Source: Squalus acanthias (taxonomy: Eukaryota). From it: a DNA stretch of 64,000 bases. This document shows, in pieces, positions 12,783 through 24,673 of this stretch. The first letter of the stretch is position 1; each line of letters opens with the position of its first letter. The stretch spans positions 76,820,001 through 76,884,000 of the forward strand of contig CM059432.1 in the NCBI GenBank assembly GCA_030390025.1, read 5' to 3'. The notes beneath the pieces are model-generated. The model was not told the DNA's origin. It ran no database searches and saw only the letters and a list, made by a program, of their open reading frames with translations. Position numbers and translations under genes: made by a program.

Positions 12783-13460
12783 GATCAATAATGCATAGAG
12801 ATCCAGCATTCACAATTTTTTGTTTTTAATCTCTATCATTGACATGTTTTTTCCTCTGTTGTTTGTATACCACTTTCGGTCCAATTACACTTCGGTGGAT
12901 ATTAAAACCCTTCATTATGCACTTTTATATCCCTGTTGATGTGGAATTACTTGGTGACTTTATGATTATTTCAGACCAGGCATTGGATCCTGAAGATTTT
13001 GAACATTTGTTGGACATTTATTTTGTTTTCCTGGTGTTCAACATGTTCTTTAACCAATACTTTTAATTAAATTCTCTTGAAGCATGCCTTCCTTGTCAAT
13101 GTTATTTGCCATTTTTTACTGCCACACCAAACTAAGCTCATTAACAAAGCCCAATTGGTTCACTTCCAGTTGTTAAATTAGTGAGTATGCACAATTTCAT
13201 TTAATTTACTATTTAACAGCTTATGTTTTCATAAACAGTAATTACCATAATGAAATGCAAGCAATGTTGTACTTAAGGATCAGAATTTATTATTTGCAAA
13301 TATTAAACGTCAATGACATCTGAACACCACCAGAGGATGTTTTATCCTTTTTTGATACTTTCATTTTGTATTTTAACAAAAGGGAAAGTCCACATATCAC
13401 TTTAATATACAGACAGAGGTTGACATAAAGTGCAGATCAACATAGAAAGAATAAGAGCAC

Positions 13461-13797
13461 GGTCCTGATTTTGCGATCAGTGGTGAAGAGACGGTGCTTG
13501 TCGTTCATTACGCTTACAGCTGCCCACAGACATTTTGCGGGCTTTGAGCAGCAACTTGCTGTCACTGGGCATCTGAACCAGCACAGATCCCTCTACAGGG
13601 GATCTGTGGTGTTTGTGAGCAGAGCAAGCAACAGTGTGGCTCGTCAACCAATCAGATTGAAGAAACTCGGACAGCAACTTCCGGATTTCCACATTTAACT
13701 GCGCATATGCGGATTCCAGAAGTTGCTGTCCGATTTACTCCATAATAACAGTGAACGCTGTTAGCCTCACCATTATTCTTAATGCAAAATCCAGGCC
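13461..13797. mobile_element. Harbinger-type MITE, family 2
   Basis: TIR GG(T/C)C(C/T)(T/G)GATTTTGC, flanks CAC/CAT. Confidence 0.75.
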
Positions 13798-14327
13798 CAT
13801 ATGTTATTTCCCACCCAGTGTACCCAAAACCCTAAGGGGGAAAAATTTGGTTGGTTAGCGTCTCCTGTTAGTGCCTCCGGGGGGAGCTAACGGGGCGCTA
13901 ATGACTTACTGCCCGAGCGCAGCAATTTTAGCGGCGCCGCAAAATTGACCTGGTGGTTTGCGGCGGCACTAAACACTACCGCCACGATCTCCTGCGCCCG
14001 GTGATTGTGACGTTATCGAAGCGCGCATCGCCCCGGTAGCGCCCTGGACAAGGAAATTGATTCTCGCCCCCTGCCTCAGCGCCTGCCGCTGGGAACGACA
14101 GTAGAGGGGGACGGTTTGCAGTCGGCTGGGAGCTGGGGGAGCGCTATTTAAAGGCATGCACTTCCTGCTTTTTCCTGTCAGCAAAATATTCTGCATACGC
14201 AGGTTGAGAGAGGGAGAGAGGTGTCTGGAGACATTTAACGCTGTCCTACAAGGGGTTTTGTTCCTCAGCAAGACTTTTCAGGTTCCCATTTCTGTCAGCT
14301 TTATTACTACCACATTTAGAAGATTTA

Positions 14328-15508
14328 ATGGGGGCTGTACTGGCAGGGGGCCTCGTCCTCCAGCTTCACAGTCGGAGACAGTGGAGGCTGAGAGAGAGAG
14401 AGTGGAAAACGTGGCCAGAGGAAGGAGGGCCAACAGGGCTCTGCACAGGAGACCTTACCCTCCAAGGATATTCCGGGAGCAATTCTCATACATTCATCTG
14501 TCCGAGGAGCAGTGTTTCCGCAGGCTCCGCTTCAGCAAGGAGGTGGTCACAGAGCTCTGTCACCTCCTGCAACCAGAGCTCCAGCCTCAGCTCAGGACCA
14601 GGACACGTCTCTGTTGGTGACAGTGAAGGTGACGGTGACCCTCAATTTCTATGCCAGCAGCTCCTTCCAGACTTCAACAGGGGATATTGCGAACATCTCC
14701 CAGTTCACTGTTCATTGCTGCTTCTGGGAGGTCACAAATGCTCTATACCAAAGGAGAAGGGAGTGCATCTCATTCCCCATGACCCGAGACAAACAGTGTG
14801 AACGCGCATGTGGCTTCGCTAGGATAGCGGGCTTCCCATAGTTCAGGGCGCCATTGACTGCATGCTCATGGCATTGCGGGCACCTCATGAAAATGCAAAA
14901 GTTTTCCGCAACCGCAAAGGCTTCCACTCTCTGAACGTCCAGTTGGTTTGCGACCACAGACATCACATCCTCGCCGTCAATGCCCGCTATCCTGGCAGCA
15001 GCCACGATGCATTCATCCTGTGCCAGACTGGTGTCCCAGACCTGTTCCAACCACTGCATCAACCTGGTGGCTGGGGCCTCAGAGACAAGGGTTATCCACT
15101 CTGCACCTGGCTGATGACACCGCTCCGTAACCCCAACAATCCTGCTGAGCTCACATACAATGAGAGCCATAGCACCACTAGGAACCTCATTGAACAGACG
15201 ATCGGCGTGCTGAAGCAATGGTTCCGGTGTCTTGACTACTTTGGATGAGCCCTGCAGTACTCCCCCGATCGAGTATCGGTTTTCATTGTTGTGTGCTGTA
15301 TGCTTCACAACCTCGCAATTCCACTCAGCTATTGCCACCAGGGATTGGTGCACCATCTCAGGAGGAGGAAGAGGTAGAGGAGTAGGAGGAGGCGGAGGCG
15401 CTGGAGGAAGATGAAGAGGAGGATGAGCAGCAACAATGTGGGAGGGAGGCGCTCAATGTTGCTTCTGTAAGGGCCGTTTGTGAACGTCTCATAAGACACC
15501 GCTTCTGA
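14328..15508 (+). pseudogene. Harbinger transposase, disrupted
   Basis: RPYPPRIFR, RIAGFP*, GAIDC, NRKGFHSLNVQLVCD, YPGSSHDAFIL, DKGYPL, IEQTIGVLKQWFRCLD, acidic tail. Frameshifts present. Confidence 0.92.
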
Positions 15509-16074
15509 TGAATGACAGAGAAGATATACATCGAGATATATAAAGGGATATACAAGGCCTACAATTCAGAGCAGCTGAAGGCAGTTAATTAGGGAAACTA
15601 GATTAAGCTGGTTTTCCTGTAGCAGGGCTCAGCTAGCTCCTTTGTTTCAGGGCCTATAAAAACAGGCTTCGCAGTGCGATTTGCACTCAGTGTGGTTTGA
15701 ACAGAGTGCTGGGAGTTGGGTGAGTCAGGGAGTTAGGTGAGGATTGGAAGGAGGAGCTCCCTTGCTTTGCTTTTGTTTTTCCTAACTTTTCACCCTTTAG
15801 GAATTGGTTCTTACTTTACACCAAGGAAAGAGTCCGAGATTGGGAGCAGTCAAACAACAACAACAACAATTGCAAAACCGCTAAAGTGACGTCACAACCA
15901 GGGAAGGAGCTGATTGGTAAGTAGGAGCTGGTGAGTGTTTCTACAGTCCAGTCGTTAAAGTAAAAGTAAGGTCTCTAGTTTAGAGTAAGTAGTGTGTAAA
16001 GTGAAGTAAGGTCCCTAGTGTATTTAATATTCTTTAATTTAGAGGAAGTAGAGGGAGTAAATTAAGGGTAGGAC

Positions 16075-17640
16075 ATGGCAGGGCAGCTCGGCAGCGCGGA
16101 GTGCTCCTCCTGTGCTGTGTGGGAAGTCAGGGACACTTTCGGTGTCCAGGGCGAACATGTGTGCAGGAAGTGTCTCCAGCTGCAGCTACTCGAAATCCGC
16201 ATTTCGGATCCGGAGCTGCGGCTGGAGTCACTGTGGCGCATTCGCGAGGCTGAGATCTATGTGGATAGTACATTTAATGAGGTGGTCACACCACAGGTAA
16301 AGAGTGCACAGGCAGAAAGGGAATGGATGACCACCAGACAGAATAAAAGAACTAGGAAGGTAGAGCAGGAGTCCCCTGGGTCCATCTCCCTCTCCAACAG
16401 ATTTTCCGTTTTGGATAATTTAATAGGACAAAGTCAGCATGGTTTTACGAAGGGGAAGTCATGTTTGACAAATTTGCTGGAGTTCTTTGAGGAAGTAACA
16501 TATAGAGTGGATAAAGGGGAACCAGTGGACGTAGTGTATTTAGACTTCCAAAAGGCATTTGACAAGGTGCCACACAAAAGATTATTGCTTAAGGTAAAAA
16601 ATCACGGGATTGGGGGTAATATTCTGGCATGGATAGAGGATTGGCTATCTAACAGAAAGCAAAGAGTTGGGATAAATGGTTCATTCTCAGACTGGCAATC
16701 AGTAACTAGTGGTGTTCCACAGGGGTCAGTGCTGGGTCCCCAACTCTTCACAATCTATATTAACGATTTGGAGGAAGGGACCAAGTGTAACATATCAAAA
16801 TTTGCAGATGATACAAAGATGGGAGGGAAAGTAGTGAGTGAGGAGGACATAAAAAACCTGCAAGGGGACATAGACAGGCTAAGTAAGTGGGCAGAGATTT
16901 GGCAGATGGAATACAACACTGGAAAGTGTGAGGTGATGCACTTTGGCAGGAAAAATCCTAGAGCAATTTATTATCTTAATGGCAAGAAACTGGAGAGTAC
17001 TGAAGTGCAAAGGGATCTGGGGGTCCTGGTGCACGAAACTCAAAAGGTTAGTATGCAGGTGCAGCAAGTGATTAAGAAGGCAAATGGAATGTTGGCTTTC
17101 ATTGCTAGGGGGATAGAATATAAAAATAGGGAGGTATTGCTTCAGTTGTACAAGGTATTGGTGAGACCGCACCTGGAATACTGCATACAGTTTTGGTGTC
17201 CTTACTTAAGGAAAGACATCCTTGCTCTCGAGGCAGTGCAAAAAAGGTTCACTCGGTTAATCCCGGGGATGAGGGGGTGGTCATATGAGGAGAGGTTGGG
17301 TAGATTGGGACTCTACTCATTGGAGTTCAGAAGAATGAGAGGCGATCTTATTGAAACATATAAGATTGTGAAGGGGTTGGATCGGGTGGATGCGGGGAGG
17401 ATGTTCCCGATGACGGGTGAGACGAGAACTAGGGGACATAGTCTTAGAATAAGGGGCTGCTCTTTCAAAACTGAGATGAGGAGGAACTACTTCACTCAGA
17501 GGGTGGTAGGTCCATGGAATATGCTGCCACAAAAAGCTGTAGAAGCTACAACATTAATTAAATTTAAAACAGAAATAGACAGTTTCCTAGAAGTAAAGGG
17601 CATTAAGGGTTACGGGGAGCGGGCAGGAATTTGGACATGA
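16075..17640 (+). CDS. Open 521-aa chimeric ORF: CR1 ORF1 N-terminus (about 114 aa) fused in frame to the RT C-terminal region of a nested CR1
   Basis: ORF track. Junction ...NRFSVLD|NLIGQSQHGF. Intact GVPQGSVLGP and KFADD. Expression is unknown. Confidence 0.55.
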   Translation: MAGQLGSAECSSCAVWEVRDTFGVQGEHVCRKCLQLQLLEIRISDPELRLESLWRIREAEIYVDSTFNEVVTPQVKSAQAEREWMTTRQNKRTRKVEQESPGSISLSNRFSVLDNLIGQSQHGFTKGKSCLTNLLEFFEEVTYRVDKGEPVDVVYLDFQKAFDKVPHKRLLLKVKNHGIGGNILAWIEDWLSNRKQRVGINGSFSDWQSVTSGVPQGSVLGPQLFTIYINDLEEGTKCNISKFADDTKMGGKVVSEEDIKNLQGDIDRLSKWAEIWQMEYNTGKCEVMHFGRKNPRAIYYLNGKKLESTEVQRDLGVLVHETQKVSMQVQQVIKKANGMLAFIARGIEYKNREVLLQLYKVLVRPHLEYCIQFWCPYLRKDILALEAVQKRFTRLIPGMRGWSYEERLGRLGLYSLEFRRMRGDLIETYKIVKGLDRVDAGRMFPMTGETRTRGHSLRIRGCSFKTEMRRNYFTQRVVGPWNMLPQKAVEATTLIKFKTEIDSFLEVKGIKGYGERAGIWT

Positions 17641-17877
17641 GTCTAGGTTCGGATCGGTCATGGCCCTGTGGGTAGTGGAGCGGGCCCAGGGACTGTGTAG
17701 CCTGATTCTGCTCCTATTTCGTGTGTGCAATTCTGTTAGATGCAGGAGATGGTTCTGTGATAGATAGTAGATTGGCGGTTAGGATCAGATCAGCCATGAT
17801 CTTATTGAATGGCGGAGCAGGCTCGAGGGGCCGATTGGCCTACTCCTGCTCCTATTTCTTATGTTCTTATGTTCTTA
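16418..17877 (+). mobile_element. Young 5'-truncated CR1 nested in ORF1 of the host CR1
   Basis: TSD TGGATA (16412-16417 / 17878-17883). Stop-free RT. Host ORF1 resumes as DTAGGDG after the tail. Confidence 0.93.
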
Positions 17878-18497
17878 TGGATACTGCTGGGGGAGATGGT
17901 TTCTCAGGGGAATGCAGCAAGAGCCAAGTTCGTGGCACTACGAGTGGCTCAGCTGCACAGGAGGGGAGGAAAAGAGTGGGAGAGCAATAGTGATAGGGGA
18001 TTCAATCGTAAGGGGAACAGATAGACGTTTCTGTGGCCACAGACGTGACTCCAGGATGGTATGTTGCCTCCCTGGTGCCAGGGTTAAGGATGTCACTGAG
18101 CGGTTGCAGGACATTCTGAAAGGGGAGGGTGAACAGCCAGAGGTCATGGTCCATATTGGTACCAACGACATAGGTAGAAAGAGGGACGAGGTCCTGCAAG
18201 CAGAATATAGGGAGCTAGGAAATAAATTAAAAAGCAGGACCTCAAAGGTAGTAATCTCAGGATTACTCCCAGTGCCACATGCTAGCGAGAGCAGAAATAG
18301 GAGAATAGACCAGATGAATGCGGCTGGAGAGATGGTGTAGGAGGGAAGGATTTAAATTCCTGAGACATTGGGACCGATTCTGGGGAAGCTGGACGGATTA
18401 CACCTCGGCAGAACTGGGACAATATCCTCGCAGGGGGATTTGCTAGTGCTGTTGGGAAGGATTTAAAGTAGTTTGTCAGGGGGCTGGGAACCTAAGT

Positions 18498-21422
18498 GTG
18501 AGCCCAGAATGGAGAGAAACAAAGCTGGAAGTGCAAGTTAGAAAAGTAGTCAGCAAAACTAGTAGGGAGCAGAAACAAAGGCCAACAGTAAAGAGGGTCA
18601 AAGTGCAGAAAAATATTAAACAGGCAAAGTTGAAGGCACGTTATCTAAATGCACGTAGCATTCGCAACAAGGTGGATGAATTAATGGCACAAATAGAAGT
18701 AAATGGGTATGATGTAATTGCCATTACAGAGACATGGTTACAGGGTAACCAAAGCTGGGAACTGCATGTTTCAGGGTACTCAACATTTAGGAAGGACAGA
18801 CAAAAAGGAAAAGGAGGTGGCGTAGCGCTGTTAATAAGGGATGAGATCGGTATGGTAGAGATAAAAGATCTTGGCTCGGCAGATCATGATGTGGAACTGG
18901 AATCAGTTTGGGTGGAGCTAAGAAACAGCAAAGGGAGGAAAACATTGGTGGGAGTTGTGTATAGGCCACCAAACAGTAGTGGTAATGTAGGGCACAGTAT
19001 CAATCAAGAAATTAGAAGTGTATGTAACAAGGGAAATATGGTAATCATGGGGGAATTTAATCTACATATTGATTGGGCAAATCAAATTACCACTAATGGT
19101 GTGGAGGACGAATTCTTGGAATGCATGCAAGATGGTTTCCTGGATCAGTATGTGGAGGAACCAACCAGGTAACAGGCGATTCTGGACCTGGTACTGAGTA
19201 ATGAGAAAGGGCTAATCAATAATCTTGTGGTAAAGGGGCCTTTAGGGACAAGTGACCATAATATGATTGAATTTTACATTAAGTTTGAGAGTGATGTAGT
19301 CCAATCTGAAACTAAAGTCTTCAATCTAAACCGAGGAAACTACAAGGGTATGAGGGACAAGTTGGCTATGGTAGATTGGGAGACTACACTAAAAGGTATG
19401 AAGGTGGACTTACAATGGCTAACATTCAAGGAAATAATGCATAATTTGCAAAAAACATATATTCCTCTAGGAAAAGTGATCCAACCATGGCTAACAAAAG
19501 AAATTAAAGCTAGTATTAAGTCCAAAGGAGGAAGCTTATAAAGTTGCCAGAAAAAGCGGTCAGCCTGAGGATTGGGATTTTTTAGAAATCAGCAAAAGGG
19601 GACCAAGAAATTGATAAAGAAAGGGAAAATGGAATATGAGCACAAACTAGCAAAAAATATAAAAACAGATTGTAAAAGCTTCTATAGGTATGTGAAAAGG
19701 AAAAGACTGGCAAAGGTAAATGTAGGTCTTTTACAGTCAGACGGGAGAATTTATAATGGGGAATGAGGAAATGGCTTGGAAATTAAATAAATACTTTGTT
19801 TCTGTCTTCACGAAGGAAGACACAAAAAACCTCCCAGAAATACGAGAAAACCAAGGGTGTGGTGAGAATGAGGAACTTAAAGAAATTACCATTAGTAAAA
19901 AAAACAGTACTAGCAAAATTAATTGGACTAAAAGTCGATAAATCCCAAGGACCGGATGACCTACATCCTAGGGTTTTGAAAGAGGTGGCCATTGGGATAG
20001 TGGACGCATTGGTTGTCATCTTCCAAAATTCTAGAGATTCTGGAACGGTTCCTGCAGATTGAAGGATAGCAAATGTAACCCCGCTATTTAAGAAAGGAGG
20101 GAGAGAGAAAACGGGGAACTACAGACCTGTTAGCCTCACATCAGTAGTTGGGAAAATGTTGGAATCTATTATAAAGGATGCAATAACTGGGCACTTAGAA
20201 ACTAATAGTAAGATTGGGCAGAGTCAGCATGGATTTATGAAAGGGAAATCCTGTTTAACAAACCTATTGGAGTTCTTTGAGGATGTAACTAGTGGACTAG
20301 ACAAAGGGGAACCGGTAGATGTGGTGTATCTGGATTTTCAGAAGGCCTTCGCTAAGGTCCCACACAAGAGGTTGGTGAACAAAGTTAGGGCACATGGAAT
20401 TGGGGGTAATATACTAGCATGGATTGAGAATTGGTTAACAGACAGAAAACAAAGAGTAGGGATAAACGAGTCTTTTTCAGGATGGCAGGCTGTGACTAGT
20501 GGGGTACCGCAAGGATCGGTGCTTGGGCCTCAGCTATTCACAATCTATATCAATGATTTGGATGTGGGGACTAAATGTAACATTTCCAAATTTGCTGATG
20601 ATACAAAGCTAGGTGGCAGTGTCAGTTGGGAAGAGGATGTGAAGAGGCTTCAAGGGGATCGCGACAGGCTCAGTGAGTGGGTGAGAACAAGGCAGATGGA
20701 ATATAATGTGGATAAATGTGAAGTTATCCACTTTGGTAGAAAAAACAGAGGCAGAGTATTTCCTAAATGGTGAAAGATTGGGGGATGCTCAAAGGGACCT
20801 GGGTGTCCTTGTACATGAGTCACTGAAAGTGAATGTGCAGGTGCAGCAAGCCATTAGGAAGGCAAATGGTATGCTGGCCTTCATTACAAGAGGATTTGAG
20901 TACAGGAGTAAAGAAGTCTTACTCCAATTATATAGGGCCTTGGTGAGACCACACCTGGAGTACTGTGTACAATTTTGGTCTCCTTACCTAAGGAAGGATA
21001 TACTTGCCATAGAGGGAGTGCAACGAAGGTTCATGAGATTGATTCCTGGGATGGTGGGACTGTCGTATGAGAAGAGATTGAGTAAACTAGGCCTGTATAC
21101 TCTTGAATTCAGAAGAATGAGAGGAGATCTCATTGAAGCATACAAAAATAATACAGGGCTTGATAGGGTGGATGCTGGGAGAACGTTTTCCTTGGCTGGG
21201 GAGTCTAGAACCAGGGGCCACAGCCTCAGGATAAAGGATAGGCCATTCAGGACTGAGATGAGAAGAAATTTCTTCACACAGAGGGTGGTGAATCTTTGGA
21301 ATTCTCTACCCCAGAGGGCTGTGGAGGCTCAGTCATTGGGTATATTCAAAACAGAAGTCGATAGATTTCTGACTAGTAAGGGCATCAAGGGATATGGCGA
21401 TAGGGCTGGTGAATGGAGTTGA
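18498..21422 (+). pseudogene. CR1 ORF2 (APE endonuclease - reverse transcriptase), frameshifted
   Basis: YLNARSIRNK, ITETW, VYRPP, SDH, YLDFQKAF, GVPQGSVLGP, KFADDTKL, FFTQRVVNLWNSLP spread over several ORFs. Confidence 0.95.
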
Positions 21423-21789
21423 GGCAGAAGATCAGCCATGATCTCGAAGGGCCGAATGGCCTACTCCTGCTCCTATTTCTTATGTTCTTATGTTCTTAAG
21501 ATGGCTTTTGGGATGAACAAGCACATCATTACAGCAATCCCGCAGTCCCTATTACCGGGCAAAGCTCCAATGAGTAACATGAGGAAATTTGTAATATTTC
21601 AATAAAAAAAATTATTTTTCTGACAACTGTGTCTTATTAAGCAAAACCAATAACAACCAAACACAACAGTTCATTAACAAACAAAACTGGTTCTTACCAC
21701 ATCAAGATAAGTCTTACCAGAGTGAACAATATATTAACATACACATCCAACTTTGGGACAAACATTCCCCCCATTTGTTAGAGAATTAT

Positions 21790-23356
21790 TAGTTATTCAC
21801 CCTTCGAGAATGATCTCCCTCCCTTCGCACTTCCCCCCCTTCCAACCCTACTGCTCCTCCGTAATCTGGCCCCAGTGGGTGCAGCAAGGCTGGCGGAAGG
21901 CTGCTGAATTTCGGATCCAGAGACTGCAGACCACCTTTGGGCCTGGAAGGCCCGGCTGCAGACTGCGCCAACTCTGCCTGGGTGGCAGCAGTCTGGGCTG
22001 GCTGGGTTACAGGCTGTGGCAAGTGCAATGGCGGAGTGGCAGTGGTGGGAGCAGGAATGCTGTCATCCTGAGAGAGGACAGCACCTTCCTGCTCGACCGA
22101 CACACTGGCACTCCCACGGGGCAGTACCTCAGCATCCGGAACAATCTGCTCGAACACAGATTGCTGGCCTGCTGTAGCACCATGAGGTCAACGGTGGACA
22201 GTGGGTGACCCAGCGACGATGGCAGCAGTCAGTGCTTGCGCGAAATCAATCTGAGACTGCATGAGAGCAGTCTGAGATTGGATGGCACCAACCACTGACT
22301 CGATTCCAGCACTAAGCCGTTACATTGCCTCGGCCTGTGCTGCAATAGATGCTGCCACCTCACCCATTACACGCGTCATGTGGTCTGGGTCCCCACGGTC
22401 TCAGCAATTCAACCATCCTCTGCAATGAAGCAAGGATGGGTTCAAGGGTTTGCACACAAATGACAGCTGTGCTGGCGGCGAGGCTCCGGCTTGGTGTTCC
22501 TCTTCCTCTCCCACGTCATTGCTACTGGGAGGCTGAGGGACAGACTGGTCAGCTGGTGGCTCACTATCTGAAAGCAGGAAGGTGCAAGAGTGACTTTAAT
22601 GTGAGGGCAGGGGGGCAGGAAGGGAGCAAGGAATGGAGACAGTATAGTTAGGTGGAAAGTGGAAAAGGCTGGTGTTGTGAGGGGGAAGTGGTATGAGAGA
22701 GGAGGTAAAGATGATGAACATACCGTTGCTGTCCCCAAGGGGGTCGACCTCTCCAACTGCCACAGCGCCCACGACATGGCTGAAGTTGAGTCTGTGAACT
22801 CGCTCCTCCAGCTGTGTGAGGGGGTGTAGCTCCGCCTGACCTCGTCCTGTGCGTTGCTGCTCCCTCCTGTTATGAGAAAGCTTGGCCTGCAAGAAAAAGG
22901 ACAGCATGTGAGTGAGTGTGCAGCCATGTGTTTGGCAGATGTGCCTACCATAGTTGAATAGCCGTTAATGTCTGCAAGGTGTGGGATGTGGATGTGACTT
23001 TTAGTAGATGGGCATAGTTGGTGGGTGAGTGTTGGAGATTTGGCAGTTTATACCATCTGTGCACAGAGTGAGGTTAAGATGGTGGGGTGTAGAGGTTTTT
23101 CAAGCATGCACTCACTCTGACCACCCAAGTGAGGTTGTTGAACTTCCTGCGGCACTGCGTGAGTCCTTTGGGCCAGGCTCCTGGATGAAATGTACAGGGC
23201 AACCTCGCTCCACACCCTTGTAAACTCCCGGAGCAATGGCCTCCTGCCAGTGTCTGGAAACAGCACTGCCCGTCGGCGTTCCAGAGTGCCAACCAGAGCC
23301 ACCAATACCTGGTCGCTAAACTGGTGAGCTCTCTCCCTGGGCCTCTGAGTAGCCAT
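21790..23356 (-). pseudogene. Harbinger B Myb/SANT-like gene, disrupted
   Basis: MATQRPRERAHQFSDQVLVALV...W.EVA...QCRRKFNNL. Exon 2 QAKLSHNRREQQRTGRG...LTQLEE after a CTTGCAG acceptor. Confidence 0.85.
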
Positions 23357-23920
23357 GATAATCTTTGGCGAAGATTTGCACCTCCCTGCAGGCCCAGGTG
23401 AAATGCAGCAATGAGCAGGGTGTGGCTGTGAGGCATGATGGACCCTCCCCTTTAGGAACTGGAAGGTGTTAGTGGTGGCACTGTAACAACTCCATTTTGC
23501 ATCTCCAAACTCCTCAGCATCCTGTACTGCAGATTCCCAAATTTCAGTAGCTTTTTACCTTTCACTATGAAGAATAATAATATAAAAATATTATTTCAAA
23601 AATGACAAAATGGGAACCAATGGAATCACTCGAAATGCTTTTTCAAAACGAATGAATCTTCCTTTTTTTCTCACTAACTGAAATCTACAATGTCAAAAAT
23701 AAGATTTTAAATAAAATTAAAAATTAAACATCTACATTTCATAAAAAAATATATTTCATAAAAACATGACTAAAATGTACCCATTGCATTGTCTCTTGTG
23801 TCTTTTAATAGCTTCATCAAAGTTTTTACTCAAGGCTTCGGCCTCTCTCAAAAGCCTGTGCATTGACTGCATTTTAAAAATCTCAACAGTCTAAAGCTTT
23901 CAATCAGATAGAATCATAAT

Positions 23921-24673
23921 GGAGGTGAAATTGGGTATCGCCCCGTTTGGGGCGATAATACTTTAAAAGTTGAGAAAAAGGCGCTAATGTTTCTAAACCT
24001 TTCAAAAATTCGGTTTTGCGCTCCAGGAAGGAAGCGGATCTAAATCAAGAGCTCCACTTCCTTCTTGGAGCGCAATCAGCAGCAGACGGGGCGGAGACTT
24101 CAGTAGCGCTGCACACTGGGCCGTGCAGCGCTGCCGCGTTCAAAGGCTCCTTCCCTCCCTTAAAGGGAAGGGCCATCGCTGCAGGCTCTGCAATTTAAAA
24201 ATTACCTACCTGGACCACCAAGGCAGCCGTGATCCCGCGCGATCAGCCCGGCTCTCAAGCAGAGCGCCGGGCTGATCGATCGTGGGCAGGAACCTACGAA
24301 AAAAACTTCAACAACAAAGGTAATTTTTTTTTTTACTTACCTCGGCCACCTCGCCTTTAATCATCGCCCCCGAAGCAGCCGGCCGCCCGATGCACGCCTC
24401 CTGCAGCTGTCGGTGTTATCGACCGGCGCTGCTGCAGGGGGCGAAAGTCAATTTCGGGTCCAGGGCGCTACCGGGACGATGCGCACGACGATGACGTCAC
24501 GATCTCCAGGCGAAGGAGATTGGGGCACAACGCCGTAGCGCCACCGCAAAACTGCCGCCGAATATGGCGGGAGTTGATGTCAGCGCCGTACCCGGTCACA
24601 AAGCCATTTGTGCCCCGTTAGCGCCCTCCTGGGGATGCTAATGGCAGGCGTAAAGGCACCCAATTTCACCCCC
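23921..24673 (-). mobile_element. Harbinger-type MITE related to element B, inserted in a CR1 tail
   Basis: TIR GG(A/G)GGTGAAATTGGGT. The reverse complement of its right 230 bp resembles 13836-14075. TSD unclear. Confidence 0.85.

Larger units (their letters stand above)
15526..21497 (+). mobile_element. Near full-length CR1 LINE (5' UTR, ORF1, ORF2, tail) containing a nested CR1
   Basis: ORF1 with a CxxC...CxxC finger and SGNH esterase motifs (VIGDSIVR, HIGTND, DGLHL). ORF2 with EN and RT. (TTCTTATG)n tail. Candidate TSD AAGAT (15521-15525 / 21498-21502). Confidence 0.95.
13836..23462. mobile_element. PIF/Harbinger transposon B (right end lost), split by a full-length CR1
   Basis: Left end GGGGGAAAAATT. 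Transposase on +, Myb gene on -. Both subterminal regions are homologous to the MITE at 54584-55476. Confidence 0.8.

Noticed and set aside
12790..13100. Protein-coding remnant (75-aa ORF on +, purine-rich minus strand)
   Set aside because: No recognisable motif, and the minus-strand frames contain stops.
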